From the NCBI GenBank assembly GCA_963666565.1, contig OY762911.1, forward strand, positions 128,001-192,000: 64,000 nucleotides of DNA, written 5' to 3'. Every line of letters begins with the position of its first letter. The first letter of the stretch is position 1. Made by a program: the position numbers and the translations under genes. The notes below the pieces were generated by a model. It saw only the letters and a program-made list of their open reading frames with translations, searched no databases and was not told the DNA's origin. Below, piece after piece: positions 48,745-58,389 of this stretch. This DNA comes from Thermoanaerobaculia bacterium. GTDB taxonomy: Bacteria; Acidobacteriota; Thermoanaerobaculia; Multivoradales; Multivoraceae.

Positions 48745-50430
48745 CTACGCGCCGTAGCTGGAAGCCTGTTCCTCCGTCACGAAGCCGTTTCGCAGGTCCT
48801 CCGCGATCAACTCGGACAGACGGTCCTCGGGCCTGCCCCAGCCGCCACCCGTCGCCGTCACGCAGCGGACGATGTCGCCCCGCCTGAGCGGAAGCCGGGC
48901 CGCCTTGCCGTAGATCTCCGGCGGGTCGGAGCGTTGGCCCTGCCGGAGGATCTCCACGTAGTTGCGAGAGCCGTCGCGGCCGCCCGCGCTCCCCCAGGGC
49001 GGAAACCTGAAGCGACCGAAACTGCCCGTGAACGTCGCGCTCTCCGAGCGAATTCGGTAGGCGAGCACGACGCCCTTCCCGCCACGATGGCGGCCCTCCC
49101 CTCCGGGTTCGTTGTGAAACGCGTACTCCTCGACGTGGACCCCGTAGCGAGCCTCCGTGATCTCGACCGGGATGTTGTACGTCTCGCCGTCGGCCACCGA
49201 GAACTGGCCGTTCAGCCCGTCGCGGTCGTGCATCGCGCCCCAACCGCCCACCAGGGGGCAGACCAGGATCGTGGGTTCGCCGGTATCGGCATGGTCGCCG
49301 GCGATGATGATGGCGCAAACCGACAGCACGTGCCCGGCCGTCAGACGGTCAGGGACGAGTTCGGCAAGGGCCTTCCAGATCAGATCCTCCGCGTACAGCA
49401 TCGTTTCCCAGTAGGTCGAAACGGGCGCCGGACGCCGGGCGGTGAACACCGTCTCATCCGGGCAGACGACCTCGAGCGCGCGGAAGCAGCCACCGTTGGC
49501 GGGTATCTGCGGATTGGTCAGGGCCTTGAAGATCGTCCGCACAGCTGAAACCAGGCCGGTCCTCGAGTTGTTGATTGGACCTAGCGCCTGAGACGCGCTG
49601 CCGCTGAAGTCGACGAGAAACCTGTCCTCCGAGATCTCGATGCGGACCCGCACCTTCAAGGGTTCGTCGCTCAAGCCGTCGTCGTCAATCCAGTCCTCCG
49701 CCTCGAAGACGCCCTGAGGCAGCTTCCCGAGTTCGGCGGCAACCATCGCCTCGCCGTGGTCGAGCAGTCCGGCCATCGCCGCCAGCACGGCGTCACGCCC
49801 GTAGCGTTCGAGCAGACCGTGAAGACGCGCTTCGCCTACGGAGCAGGCAGCGGTGGCCGCCCGCAGGTCGCCCATCGAGTCCTGGGGCAGCCTGATGTTG
49901 GATCGGAGGATCTCGAAGACCGCTTCCTGCTCCCGACCCTCGTCGATCAGCTTCACCGTCGGAATCTGCAGGCCCTCTTGGAAGATCTCGGTGGCATCCG
50001 TCGTGAAACTCCCGGGAGACATGCCGCCGACGTCCACCCAGTGGGCCTTGTTGACCGTGAAGGCGATGAGCTCCCCTTCCCAGAAGACGGGCTTCGCGAA
50101 GGCGATGTCGGAGAGATGAGTGCCGCCGCCCTCGTACGGATCGTTGCTGATGAAGATGTCGCCCGGGCGAATGTCGCCCCGCTCGCCGAACTTGGCGAGG
50201 ATGTCCCGCACCAGCGAGTCGATCATCCCCAGAAAGACGGTAGTTCCGTTTCCTTGGGCGATCAGATCGCCCCTGCCGTCCGTGACGCCGACCGAGTAGT
50301 CCAGAGCCTCGTAGATGATCGGGCTCATGCTGGTACGCGCCATGGCATCGAACATCTCATCCCCCACGGCGACCAGGGCGTTCCTGATGATCTCCTGGTC
50401 GTAGGGATCCTGCCGCGTTCCGTCCGTCAC
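48745..50430 (-). CDS. Hydantoinase B / 5-oxoprolinase family subunit
   Basis: NDPYEGGGTHLSD, HWVDVGG, QEGLQIP, GGGWG. GTGA overlap with the upstream gene. Confidence 0.92.
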   Translation of the reverse strand: MTDGTRQDPYDQEIIRNALVAVGDEMFDAMARTSMSPIIYEALDYSVGVTDGRGDLIAQGNGTTVFLGMIDSLVRDILAKFGERGDIRPGDIFISNDPYEGGGTHLSDIAFAKPVFWEGELIAFTVNKAHWVDVGGMSPGSFTTDATEIFQEGLQIPTVKLIDEGREQEAVFEILRSNIRLPQDSMGDLRAATAACSVGEARLHGLLERYGRDAVLAAMAGLLDHGEAMVAAELGKLPQGVFEAEDWIDDDGLSDEPLKVRVRIEISEDRFLVDFSGSASQALGPINNSRTGLVSAVRTIFKALTNPQIPANGGCFRALEVVCPDETVFTARRPAPVSTYWETMLYAEDLIWKALAELVPDRLTAGHVLSVCAIIIAGDHADTGEPTILVCPLVGGWGAMHDRDGLNGQFSVADGETYNIPVEITEARYGVHVEEYAFHNEPGGEGRHRGGKGVVLAYRIRSESATFTGSFGRFRFPPWGSAGGRDGSRNYVEILRQGQRSDPPEIYGKAARLPLRRGDIVRCVTATGGGWGRPEDRLSELIAEDLRNGFVTEEQASSYGA

Positions 50431-52478
50431 GGCGCCGCCCGCATGTCGATGTGGATGTTGCCGAAGTCGTCCATCGCGGCCTCCTTTCGCGGCGGCACCA
50501 GCACCGCGGCCGTGCCGTCCTCGATCACCGCCGGCCCCTCGATCCTCATGCCGGGCCGGAAGCGGGAGCAGTCGTAGGCGTCCGCCCTCCATTCGCTGTC
50601 CTGGTCGAAGTCGACCAGGCGCGCTCCGGTACGGGCGGCGTCCGCGTCCATCTCGCCCGCGGGAAGTCGGGCCAGCTCCGACCTGCCTGCCCGGGCGGTC
50701 ACCACGACGTGGAAGTTGACGAGTTCGACCGGGTTCGAGAGCCGGTACGTGAACTCCTGTTCGTGCGCCGCATGGAATCGGATCATTGCCTCCTCGACGG
50801 CGCCTTCGTCGATCTTCCCCGAGGGAACGGCCACCTTGACCGTGTGCTCCTGTCCCCGATACCTGAGATCGGCGAACCGCGCCGTGGAGCAGTCCTCAAG
50901 CGTCATACCCTCGCTCTGGCACTGCTGAAGAGCCTCCGCCTCCATCGTCAGGAAGGTCTTCCTCACCGAGCGGACGGGAAGCCTGCTCAAGTTCTCCACC
51001 CGTGTCCGGACGAAGTCGCGCCGCAGGTCCGACATCAGCATGCCCCAGGCCGAAAACACGGACGACTGGGCGGGCACGATGACCCTGGGGATCATGAGCT
51101 CCCGGGCCAGAAACGCGGCGTGCATGCCGCCGCCCCCGCCGAACGCCACGAGCGCGAAGTCCCTCGTGTCCCGGCCGCGGTTGAGCGACACCAGCTTGAG
51201 CGCGTTCACCATGTTGGCGTTGGCAATCCGGACGACCCCCCGAGCCACGTCCTTCAGGCTGCCGCCCAGTCGCCGCCTGAGACCGGCGAACGCTCTCTCG
51301 ACGGCTTCCATGTCCGGCCGTCGCTCCCCGCCCAGGAACAGGTCCGGGTTGATCCGGCCCAGCAGCAGGTTGGCGTCGGTCGTCGTGGGTTCCGTGCCGC
51401 CCTGTCCGTAGGCCGCCGGACCCGGTTCCGCGCCCGCGCTGACCGGACCGACGTGCAGGCTGCCTCCCTCGTCGATCCAGGCGATCGATCCCCCGCCATT
51501 GCCGATCTCGACCAGATCCACGACCGGGATACGGATCGGATAGCCGGGGTTCGTTCGATCCCACTCGATCCTGTAGTCGGACGAGATGCGGACCTTCCCG
51601 TCCGCGATCAGGGCCGTCTTGGCCGTCGTGCCGCCGATGTCCAGGGCGAGAACGTTCGGCTCGCCGATCTGGCGGCCGAGTTCGGCGGCGCCCAGCATCC
51701 CGCTCGCCGGTCCGGACTCGACCATGGAGATCGGATTGTTCAAGGCGCCCCGCACTGTCGCGACTCCGCCGTTCGACTGCATGACCAGCAGTTCGGACTC
51801 CACTTCACGGACGCGGAGTTCGGTCGACAGGGCGCCCAGATACGACGTCGCCAGCGGATGAACGTATGCCGACAGAACGGCGGTGCTCGTCCGCTCGTAC
51901 TCGCGCCACTCCCGGCAGACGCTGTACGAGCTGACGACCGACAGCTCCGGAAACCTCTGGCGGAGAAAGGACTCGACCGCGATCTCGTGGGCCGGATTCA
52001 GGTAGGCGTGGAGGAAGCAGATGGCGACGGCTTCGACGTTCGCCCGCGCGATCTGCTCCGCCAGCTCTTGAAGGGCGTCGTCGCCGACCGGTCGCTTGAC
52101 CTTTCCCTGGTAGTCGATTCGCTCATCGACCTCGAAGCGGCGCGCTCGGGGCACGAACGGTCGCGGCTTCGCGAACGCGAAGTTGAACAGATCCGGCCTG
52201 TTGCCGCGGGCGATCTCCAGCACGTCGCGAAACCCGGCCGTCGTCACCAGGGCCGTCTTCGCGCCACGGCGCGAGAGCAGCGCGTTGATCACCACCGTCG
52301 TGCCGTGAGCGAAGAACTCGATGTCCTTGCCGTCGAGCCCCGAACCATCGATGGCCGCGAGCAGTCCCCGCTCGAAGTCCGGCGGCGTCGTGTGCGCCTT
52401 GGCGACGCGCAGGCCCCGATCGTCCAGGTACACGAGGTCGGTGAAGGTACCTCCGACATCCGTGGCGACCCGGATCAT
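50427..52478 (-). CDS. Hydantoinase A / 5-oxoprolinase family subunit
   Basis: DVGGTFTD, HGTT, ESGPASG, DIGGTT, SAGAEPGPA. Confidence 0.92.
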   Translation of the reverse strand: MIRVATDVGGTFTDLVYLDDRGLRVAKAHTTPPDFERGLLAAIDGSGLDGKDIEFFAHGTTVVINALLSRRGAKTALVTTAGFRDVLEIARGNRPDLFNFAFAKPRPFVPRARRFEVDERIDYQGKVKRPVGDDALQELAEQIARANVEAVAICFLHAYLNPAHEIAVESFLRQRFPELSVVSSYSVCREWREYERTSTAVLSAYVHPLATSYLGALSTELRVREVESELLVMQSNGGVATVRGALNNPISMVESGPASGMLGAAELGRQIGEPNVLALDIGGTTAKTALIADGKVRISSDYRIEWDRTNPGYPIRIPVVDLVEIGNGGGSIAWIDEGGSLHVGPVSAGAEPGPAAYGQGGTEPTTTDANLLLGRINPDLFLGGERRPDMEAVERAFAGLRRRLGGSLKDVARGVVRIANANMVNALKLVSLNRGRDTRDFALVAFGGGGGMHAAFLARELMIPRVIVPAQSSVFSAWGMLMSDLRRDFVRTRVENLSRLPVRSVRKTFLTMEAEALQQCQSEGMTLEDCSTARFADLRYRGQEHTVKVAVPSGKIDEGAVEEAMIRFHAAHEQEFTYRLSNPVELVNFHVVVTARAGRSELARLPAGEMDADAARTGARLVDFDQDSEWRADAYDCSRFRPGMRIEGPAVIEDGTAAVLVPPRKEAAMDDFGNIHIDMRAAP

Positions 52479-52559
52479 AGGAGTTCGCCGCCGATCGGGA
52501 GAGGCCGCCGCGCTTCAGATCCCCGCGTCCGTTGGTAGGGTCCGAAGGCGGAGGCGGCG

Positions 52560-53144
52560 ATGTTGCAGCGAGAGGGCAAGGCGGCTTCACGGGATCTCCT
52601 GCAGGCTGGGCAGATGATCCGGGCGCGACGCGTCCAGCTCGGGCTCACGCTCCAGCGACTTGGCGAGATGGCCGGTCTCTCCCCGGCCTTCATCTCTCTC
52701 GTCGAGCGCAACAAGGCGGTTCCGTCGCTTGTATCCCTGGTGAACCTGGCACGGGCGCTGGAGGTCAACGTCTCGACGTTCATGGAGGTTCCGGCGGGCG
52801 AGGCGCATGTGCGTCGCCGCTCCGACCCGCAGCAGATCGAAGTCGATTCGCCCGTGGAGTACCACCAGTTGAGCGCCTGCATGCGGTTCCAGCAGATGGA
52901 CGCCATCTTCATGAAGATACCGCCCGGCCACGTCTTTCCCGACGACCAGCGGGAGGGGGAGGACTTCCTGTACGTCATCAAGGGCGAGCTCTACTGCGAG
53001 TTGGGGGACGAGAAGGTGACTCTGTCGGAAGGCGATTCGATGCACTTCAACGCGCGGACCGTCCACAACGCGAGCAACCTGTCGGACTCCGAGGTCGAGC
53101 TGCTCTACGTCGGCACACCAAGCGTGTTCGGCCAGGGCGAGTAG
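52560..53144 (+). CDS. XRE-family regulator with cupin domain
   Basis: HTH (LTLQRLGEMAGLS..FISLVERN..PSL) and cupin (GEDFLYVIKG...EGDSMHFN). Divergent from the hydantoinase genes. Confidence 0.9.
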   Translation: MLQREGKAASRDLLQAGQMIRARRVQLGLTLQRLGEMAGLSPAFISLVERNKAVPSLVSLVNLARALEVNVSTFMEVPAGEAHVRRRSDPQQIEVDSPVEYHQLSACMRFQQMDAIFMKIPPGHVFPDDQREGEDFLYVIKGELYCELGDEKVTLSEGDSMHFNARTVHNASNLSDSEVELLYVGTPSVFGQGE

Positions 53145-53156
53145 CAGCCAAGGTGC

Positions 53157-53759
53157 TCATTCCGCGTCGCTCAGCATCCGGGCGCGGATGATCCGGACGC
53201 GACGGCTGAGGAACTCCGATTCCTCGGCTCGTGCGTAGATCGCCTGGAGGACGGAGAAACCGGCGATCACACGACCGAAGGCGGCGAACCCCTGTCCGTC
53301 CGGTTGGCGGCGTCCGCCGTAATCCAGCTCCGGCTCGTCTCGCATGCAGACGAAGAAGCTGCCGTACGGCTCGCCGGCCTTGAATCTCGACATGGAGACG
53401 GACCATCGCTCGTGCCTCAGGCCCGTCGCGACGGTCGGTTCGTGGCCGATGACGGGCCGGACGGGAACGTCCTCGGCCGCCAAACCGGCCTGGATGATCT
53501 CGATCGGACAGGCCGCCTGGCCCGCCTGGTTCTTCCGGGTCGCGATGCGGTAGACGGAGGACCCGTCGAGTCCCCCCGCCTGGACCAGCCCGATGAAGTA
53601 GGCCGACGTGATCGGTGCTCGGCCGATCGAGAGTTCGAGGCGGAAGTCGCCAACCTCGGTGGACACGCCGCAGAGCGCGGGAACCGGCGATTCCGGAGGA
53701 CGAAGCCGCGAGCGCCCGTTCTCCAGGACCACGCGGGCCGACCTGCGCCGACGGCCCAC
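53157..53759 (-). CDS. Cyclophilin-type peptidyl-prolyl isomerase-like protein; start uncertain
   Basis: APITSAYF, YR, IIQAG, SMSR, SFF, LDYGG...FAAFGRV. Confidence 0.75.
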   Translation of the reverse strand: MGRRRRSARVVLENGRSRLRPPESPVPALCGVSTEVGDFRLELSIGRAPITSAYFIGLVQAGGLDGSSVYRIATRKNQAGQAACPIEIIQAGLAAEDVPVRPVIGHEPTVATGLRHERWSVSMSRFKAGEPYGSFFVCMRDEPELDYGGRRQPDGQGFAAFGRVIAGFSVLQAIYARAEESEFLSRRVRIIRARMLSDAE

Positions 53760-53765
53760 GCCCCG

Positions 53766-56117
53766 CTAGAAGTCGTAGGAGAACTCGACGCCATACGACC
53801 TCGGGCGGCCCTGGTAGTTGTAGTCGGGCGCCACGACCTCCTCGTAGTACCGCTCGTCGAGCAGGTTCTTGCCCCAGAAGGCGAAGCTCCAGACACTCCT
53901 CCGGAAGGCCAGCCGGGCGGCGACCAGGTCGAGGGGATCCCGAACAGGGACGCCGACGATCGTCCCGCCTTCGTGAAACCAGGTCTTGCCCCGGCGCTCC
54001 CAGTCGAGCCGCGCCGTCAGGTCCACGGTCGCCGACAGGGAGCGCTCGAGCTGCCAGCCGAGGTTCGACGTCAGCTTCGTGGTGTACGGAACCTGGTTGC
54101 CGACCGCCAGCGGATTCGCCGCGTACTCGACGATCTCCGCCTCGTTCCAGCCGACGCCGCCGTGCACGGAAAAGCCCGTCGCCGCGAGCCAGGTGAACTC
54201 GACCTCGGCGCCGGAGATGTCCACCGCGTCGACGTTGTTCACGATCTGCGCATTGACCGCGCCGTTGAAGTTGAAGGTCTGCAGGTCGTCGGCTTCCGCG
54301 ACGAAGACGGCGCCGTTCAGGATCAGGTTGGCCGCGGGCCACACCGTCTTGAAGCCCGCCTCCAGGTTGCGGGACTCCTCCTGTTCGTACACCGAATCGG
54401 CGATGGGCTCGCCGGTGAACGGGGCGATCTCGGTTCCCGGCGCGTTGAAGCCGCCGGAGCGGAAGCCCTCGGCGTAGGTGAGATAGAGGGTCGAGTAGTC
54501 CGAAGTGGTCCAGCGCAGAGTCGCCTTGGGCTGCAACTTCGAGAACGTCGCCTCCCGCATGGCCGGCCCCGCGATCGGGATGCCGTAGCCGTCCACCCTG
54601 TACCCGTCCGGCCGGGGATCCGTCTGCTCCCTTCGATCTTCGTCGTACCGGCCCGAAAGGGTGAGCTCGACATCCTCACCCAGGTCGAAGCTGGCCTGGC
54701 CGAACAGGGCGAAGGCCGCGTCGTCGTTCTCCTCAGCGAAGTAGGAGCGCGTGGATTGCGGCGTCGCGGGGTCGAAGTCCAGGGACGTGAGGATGGCGCC
54801 GCCAAGGTCTTCGCTGGTGCCGGTCACGAGGGAGCGGTCCCGCTGCAGGGCATAGGCGCCCAGGATGTAGCGCACCCGCCGGTCGACGGCGGACGTCAGC
54901 CGGATCTCCTGGCTGGACGAACGGATCGCGTTGTCCTGGAAGGTCGTGTTGAAGCCGGCCGGGAACAGCGCGTCGTCTCCGTCGGGGTCGCCGCTCGGCC
55001 CCAGGAAGAGGAGCCGCGGCCGGTCGCATGGAACCAGCGCATCCGAGACGAGACTGAAGCCGTACAGGTAGCACCGCGTGTTGTCCGAGTAGTCGAAGCC
55101 GTCGAAGGCGACCAGGTGGTCCACCTCGCTCCAGGCCCCGATCATCCGCAGTTGACCCGCCGGCGTCTCGAGGTCGAACTTCAGAGAGAAGTCCAACAGG
55201 TCGCGGTCGTCGAACCCGGTGACGTTGGATTCCGGCGGCACAACGACGTTCGCCACGTCGAGATCGACCGGGGGATCCAGGAACGGGACGCCGGAAACCT
55301 GCAGCAGGGGACGAGCGAAGTACGCCGCGCCCCCCTCGCGCGCGTTGGCGAACGCCCGGAAGTCCAGATTCGCCCGCTCCGACGCGTTCCAGTCGGCGCG
55401 AAACCGCACCGTCTCGTCCTCGAAGTCGTCGACGGTCTCGCCGGTCGCCGCGTTCTCGATCAGGCCGTCCGACCTGGCCCAGGCGGCCCCACCGCGCAGC
55501 GACAGGTTTTCGCTCGCCGGTCCGCCCAGCGACAAGGACGCGCTGGCCGAACTCCCCGCACCGGCGCCCAGCCTGAGCGCGCCGGCTAGACGGTCCCCCG
55601 GCCCACGCGTAGTGACGTTGATTGCGCCAGCGATCGCATTGCGCCCGTAGAGCGCGCCCTGCGGTCCCCGAAGAACCTCGATCTGCTCGATGTCGAAGAG
55701 CTCCTGGTTGAACTGGAGGGGACTGGCCAGCAGGACGCCGTCGACCGAGATGGCGACCGGGGTCTCGCCGTTCCGGATCTGGCCGACGCCCCGGACGTTG
55801 ATTGCGACGTTCCCGGAATCCTGCGCGTCCGCGATCGTCACGTTCGGCGTGAGAGCGATGAAGTCCGCCGCGCGGCGCACAGCCGCGGTCTCGATGACCT
55901 CCGACGTGATCGCCGTCACCGCGACGGGTGCTTCCTGAAGGTTCTCCTCCCGAGCCCGGGGCGTGACCACGATCGTCTCGCTCACGATCGCCGGCGACGT
56001 CGATTCACCCTCCGTCTTCTCGTCTTCCTGAGCTGACGCCGCCGCCGGCAGCAGTAGCACCGGACTCAGTACCAGGGAACCGAAGCCGAGTCCGTTCCCG
56101 CCACACAGTCGCATCAT
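53766..56117 (-). CDS. TonB-dependent receptor
   Basis: Signal peptide, ETIVVT, EQIEVLRGPQGALYGRNA, C-terminal YGVEFSYDF. Confidence 0.92.
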   Translation of the reverse strand: MMRLCGGNGLGFGSLVLSPVLLLPAAASAQEDEKTEGESTSPAIVSETIVVTPRAREENLQEAPVAVTAITSEVIETAAVRRAADFIALTPNVTIADAQDSGNVAINVRGVGQIRNGETPVAISVDGVLLASPLQFNQELFDIEQIEVLRGPQGALYGRNAIAGAINVTTRGPGDRLAGALRLGAGAGSSASASLSLGGPASENLSLRGGAAWARSDGLIENAATGETVDDFEDETVRFRADWNASERANLDFRAFANAREGGAAYFARPLLQVSGVPFLDPPVDLDVANVVVPPESNVTGFDDRDLLDFSLKFDLETPAGQLRMIGAWSEVDHLVAFDGFDYSDNTRCYLYGFSLVSDALVPCDRPRLLFLGPSGDPDGDDALFPAGFNTTFQDNAIRSSSQEIRLTSAVDRRVRYILGAYALQRDRSLVTGTSEDLGGAILTSLDFDPATPQSTRSYFAEENDDAAFALFGQASFDLGEDVELTLSGRYDEDRREQTDPRPDGYRVDGYGIPIAGPAMREATFSKLQPKATLRWTTSDYSTLYLTYAEGFRSGGFNAPGTEIAPFTGEPIADSVYEQEESRNLEAGFKTVWPAANLILNGAVFVAEADDLQTFNFNGAVNAQIVNNVDAVDISGAEVEFTWLAATGFSVHGGVGWNEAEIVEYAANPLAVGNQVPYTTKLTSNLGWQLERSLSATVDLTARLDWERRGKTWFHEGGTIVGVPVRDPLDLVAARLAFRRSVWSFAFWGKNLLDERYYEEVVAPDYNYQGRPRSYGVEFSYDF

Positions 56118-56214
56118 GAAAGCGCCCTCCTCCAGGTTCCGATGGTCGGTTCCAAGGACTCTAGTAAAATCTTCACTATGAGTCAACTATTCTCTCCAGC
56201 AAACCGCGGCGCCG

Positions 56215-56250
56215 TTGACATGTTCTCCACATGAAACTACTGTTCGGGGC
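56215..56250 (+). promoter_or_regulatory. Sigma70 promoter with operator, probably leaderless
   Basis: TTGACA(56215)-N17-TACTGT-N7-ATG(56251). A CATGT-N5-ACATG inverted repeat overlaps the -35 and spacer. Confidence 0.65.
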
Positions 56251-56487
56251 ATGTCCAAGATGCTCCAGATCCGGAACGTGCCCGAGGAGACCCACCGCCT
56301 GCTGAAGAGCCGCGCCGCGCTGGAAGGGGTGTCCATGTCCCACTTCGTGCTGCGGGAGATCGAGCGGATCGTGCGCCGGCCGAGCCGCCGGGAGGTGCTG
56401 GACACGATCCGCGGCCTGCCGCCGGTGACGCTGGAGGAAGCGCCGGCGGACGTCCTGCGGGAGGAGAGAGAGTCCCGCGAATGGTGA
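56251..56487 (+). CDS. FitA-like RHH antitoxin
   Basis: LQIRNVPEETHRLLKSRAALEGVSMS...LRE. Confidence 0.85.
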   Translation: MSKMLQIRNVPEETHRLLKSRAALEGVSMSHFVLREIERIVRRPSRREVLDTIRGLPPVTLEEAPADVLREERESREW

Positions 56488-56870
56488 TCGACGCTTCCGC
56501 CGCCGTCGAGATGTTGCTGGGCACCCCGCGGGGCCGCCGCCTGAGCGGGAGACTGGAGGCGGAGTCGGTCGAGATTCACGTTCCCCACCTCGTGGACCTG
56601 GAGATCGCGCAGACGCTCCGCGGCTACGTGGGGCGCGGGGCGTTCGACGCCGAACGGGGTGCCCTGGCCCTGCGCCTCTGGCGCAATCTCCGGGCGGAAC
56701 GCTACGGGCACCACCGGTTCCTGGACCGGATATGGGAACTCCGGCACAACGTCTCGGCATACGATGCGGTCTACGTTGCCCTCGCCGAGGCCCTGTCCAC
56801 CGTCCTGCTGACGGCGGACCGCAAGCTCGCCGGCGCTCCGGGCCTCGAAGACCGCATCGAGTCGATCTGA
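56481..56870 (+). CDS. vapC: PIN-domain toxin (VapC family)
   Basis: VIDAS, DLE, SAYDAVYVALAE, LTADRKL. Confidence 0.9.
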   Translation: MVIDASAAVEMLLGTPRGRRLSGRLEAESVEIHVPHLVDLEIAQTLRGYVGRGAFDAERGALALRLWRNLRAERYGHHRFLDRIWELRHNVSAYDAVYVALAEALSTVLLTADRKLAGAPGLEDRIESI

Positions 56871-56903
56871 ACTTGGCCGCCATCCAGAGCCGACCGCCCG
56901 TCG

Positions 56904-58085
56904 ATGACGACTGAAGGCGCCCGCCAACGGTCCGGTCACGCCGGCGACCCGACCCGAGGGTGCCGAATCGGCCTCGTCCTCACCGGCGGCGGGGCGCGCG
57001 CGGCCTATCAGGTCGGACTGGTCCGGCATCTGGCGAAGCGGCTGCCGGAGTTCCATTTCGACGTGCTGACCGGCGTCTCGGCCGGCGCGATCAACGCCTC
57101 GTTTCTCGCGTCCCACCCGGGCAGCGCCGCCGAGGCGACGGAAGAACTGAGCCGGGTCTGGCTCGAACTGACGCCCGATCACGTCTTCCGCGACGATGGC
57201 TGGTCGCTGGGCAAGATCGTTGTCCGCTGGCTGCTGAACCTGGCCTCGGGCGGCCTGCGCTACCGGCCGCAGGTTCGCGGCCTGGTCGACGCGTCGCCGC
57301 TCGGAGGCCACCTGGCGAATGTCCTTCATGTCGAGCCGGGTAGCGGCCGCGTGCTGCCCGGCATCGCCCGGAACCTGGAGCGCGGCCGGCTCGACGCGGT
57401 GGCCGTGACGACGGTCGAGTGGTCGACGGGGCACACGGTCACCTGGGTCCAGGGACGCGACATCGAGACCTGGGAACGTCCCAAGCGGCGCTCGGAGCGG
57501 GCGCTGCTGACCCTCGACCACGTCCTGGCCTCCGCCTCGCTGCCGTTCATCTTCCCCGCCGTCCGCATCGGCGACGCCTGGCACGGCGACGGCGGCGTCC
57601 GCCTGACGTCGCCGTTGTCGCCGGCCCTGCACTTGGGCTGCGACCGCCTGATCGCCGTCTCGACCCGGCACGAACCGCCGGTCCCGAGAGCCGCCGCCGC
57701 GGCCTACCCGCCGCCGGCCCAGTTCGCCGGCGTGCTGCTGAACGCCGTGTTCCTGGATCAGCTCGACCAGGACGCGAACCGCCTGGAACTCGTCAACCGG
57801 CTGCTGGCGCGGCTGCCGGAGTCGGAGCGCGGAGCGCTACGGCTCGTCGACCTCGTGGTGCTCCGGCCGTCAGAAGACCTCGGCCGGCTGGCCAGCCGCT
57901 TCGAGCCCCGGCTGCCCAAGGCGTTCCGCTTCATGACCCGCGGTCTGGGCACCCGGGACACGGCAAGCCCGGACCTGCTCAGTCTCCTGATGTTCCAGCC
58001 CGACTACATCCGGGCGCTGATTGAGGTCGGAGAGCGGGACGCTGAAGCTCGCCACGAGGAGATCGCCGAACTGGTTCGCAGATAG
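56904..58085 (+). CDS. Patatin-like phospholipase
   Basis: GGGARA, GVSAG, DGG. Confidence 0.9.
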   Translation: MTTEGARQRSGHAGDPTRGCRIGLVLTGGGARAAYQVGLVRHLAKRLPEFHFDVLTGVSAGAINASFLASHPGSAAEATEELSRVWLELTPDHVFRDDGWSLGKIVVRWLLNLASGGLRYRPQVRGLVDASPLGGHLANVLHVEPGSGRVLPGIARNLERGRLDAVAVTTVEWSTGHTVTWVQGRDIETWERPKRRSERALLTLDHVLASASLPFIFPAVRIGDAWHGDGGVRLTSPLSPALHLGCDRLIAVSTRHEPPVPRAAAAAYPPPAQFAGVLLNAVFLDQLDQDANRLELVNRLLARLPESERGALRLVDLVVLRPSEDLGRLASRFEPRLPKAFRFMTRGLGTRDTASPDLLSLLMFQPDYIRALIEVGERDAEARHEEIAELVRR

Positions 58086-58109
58086 CGCGGTGCGTCGTCC
58101 AGCCCAGCC

Positions 58110-58269
58110 GGGTCAGGAGGGGTCGGCGTCCAGGTGCCTCTGAACGAGCGACGGCCGACGACGTTGCAGTCACCGACACCCAACCGGAGCGAGTGAAGCG
58201 GAGCAAGCGCAACCCTGCCCTTCTCCTCTCGAGCGCGCGCGTCACCTGGGCGCCGACCCCTCCTGACCC
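58110..58269. repeat. 160-bp element with 27-bp inverted ends (MITE/REPIN-like)
   Basis: 58110-58136 and 58243-58269 are reverse complements with one mismatch. Confidence 0.75.
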
Positions 58270-58333
58270 AAGACGGGCGAGTCCGTCCTCCGCCGCGCCG
58301 GGTGGCGGCGGCCTGACGGCCGCCCGTCTTCTC

Positions 58334-58374
58334 GCCGCCTTCGGCGGCAAGCGGGTCGGAAGACCCGCGCACCC
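58334..58374. repeat. REP-like element, family A
   Basis: gccgccttcggcggc followed by gcgggtcggaagacccgcgcaccc, the same core as at 19379. Confidence 0.78.
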
Positions 58375-58389
58375 GGCGCGTCCACGCGG

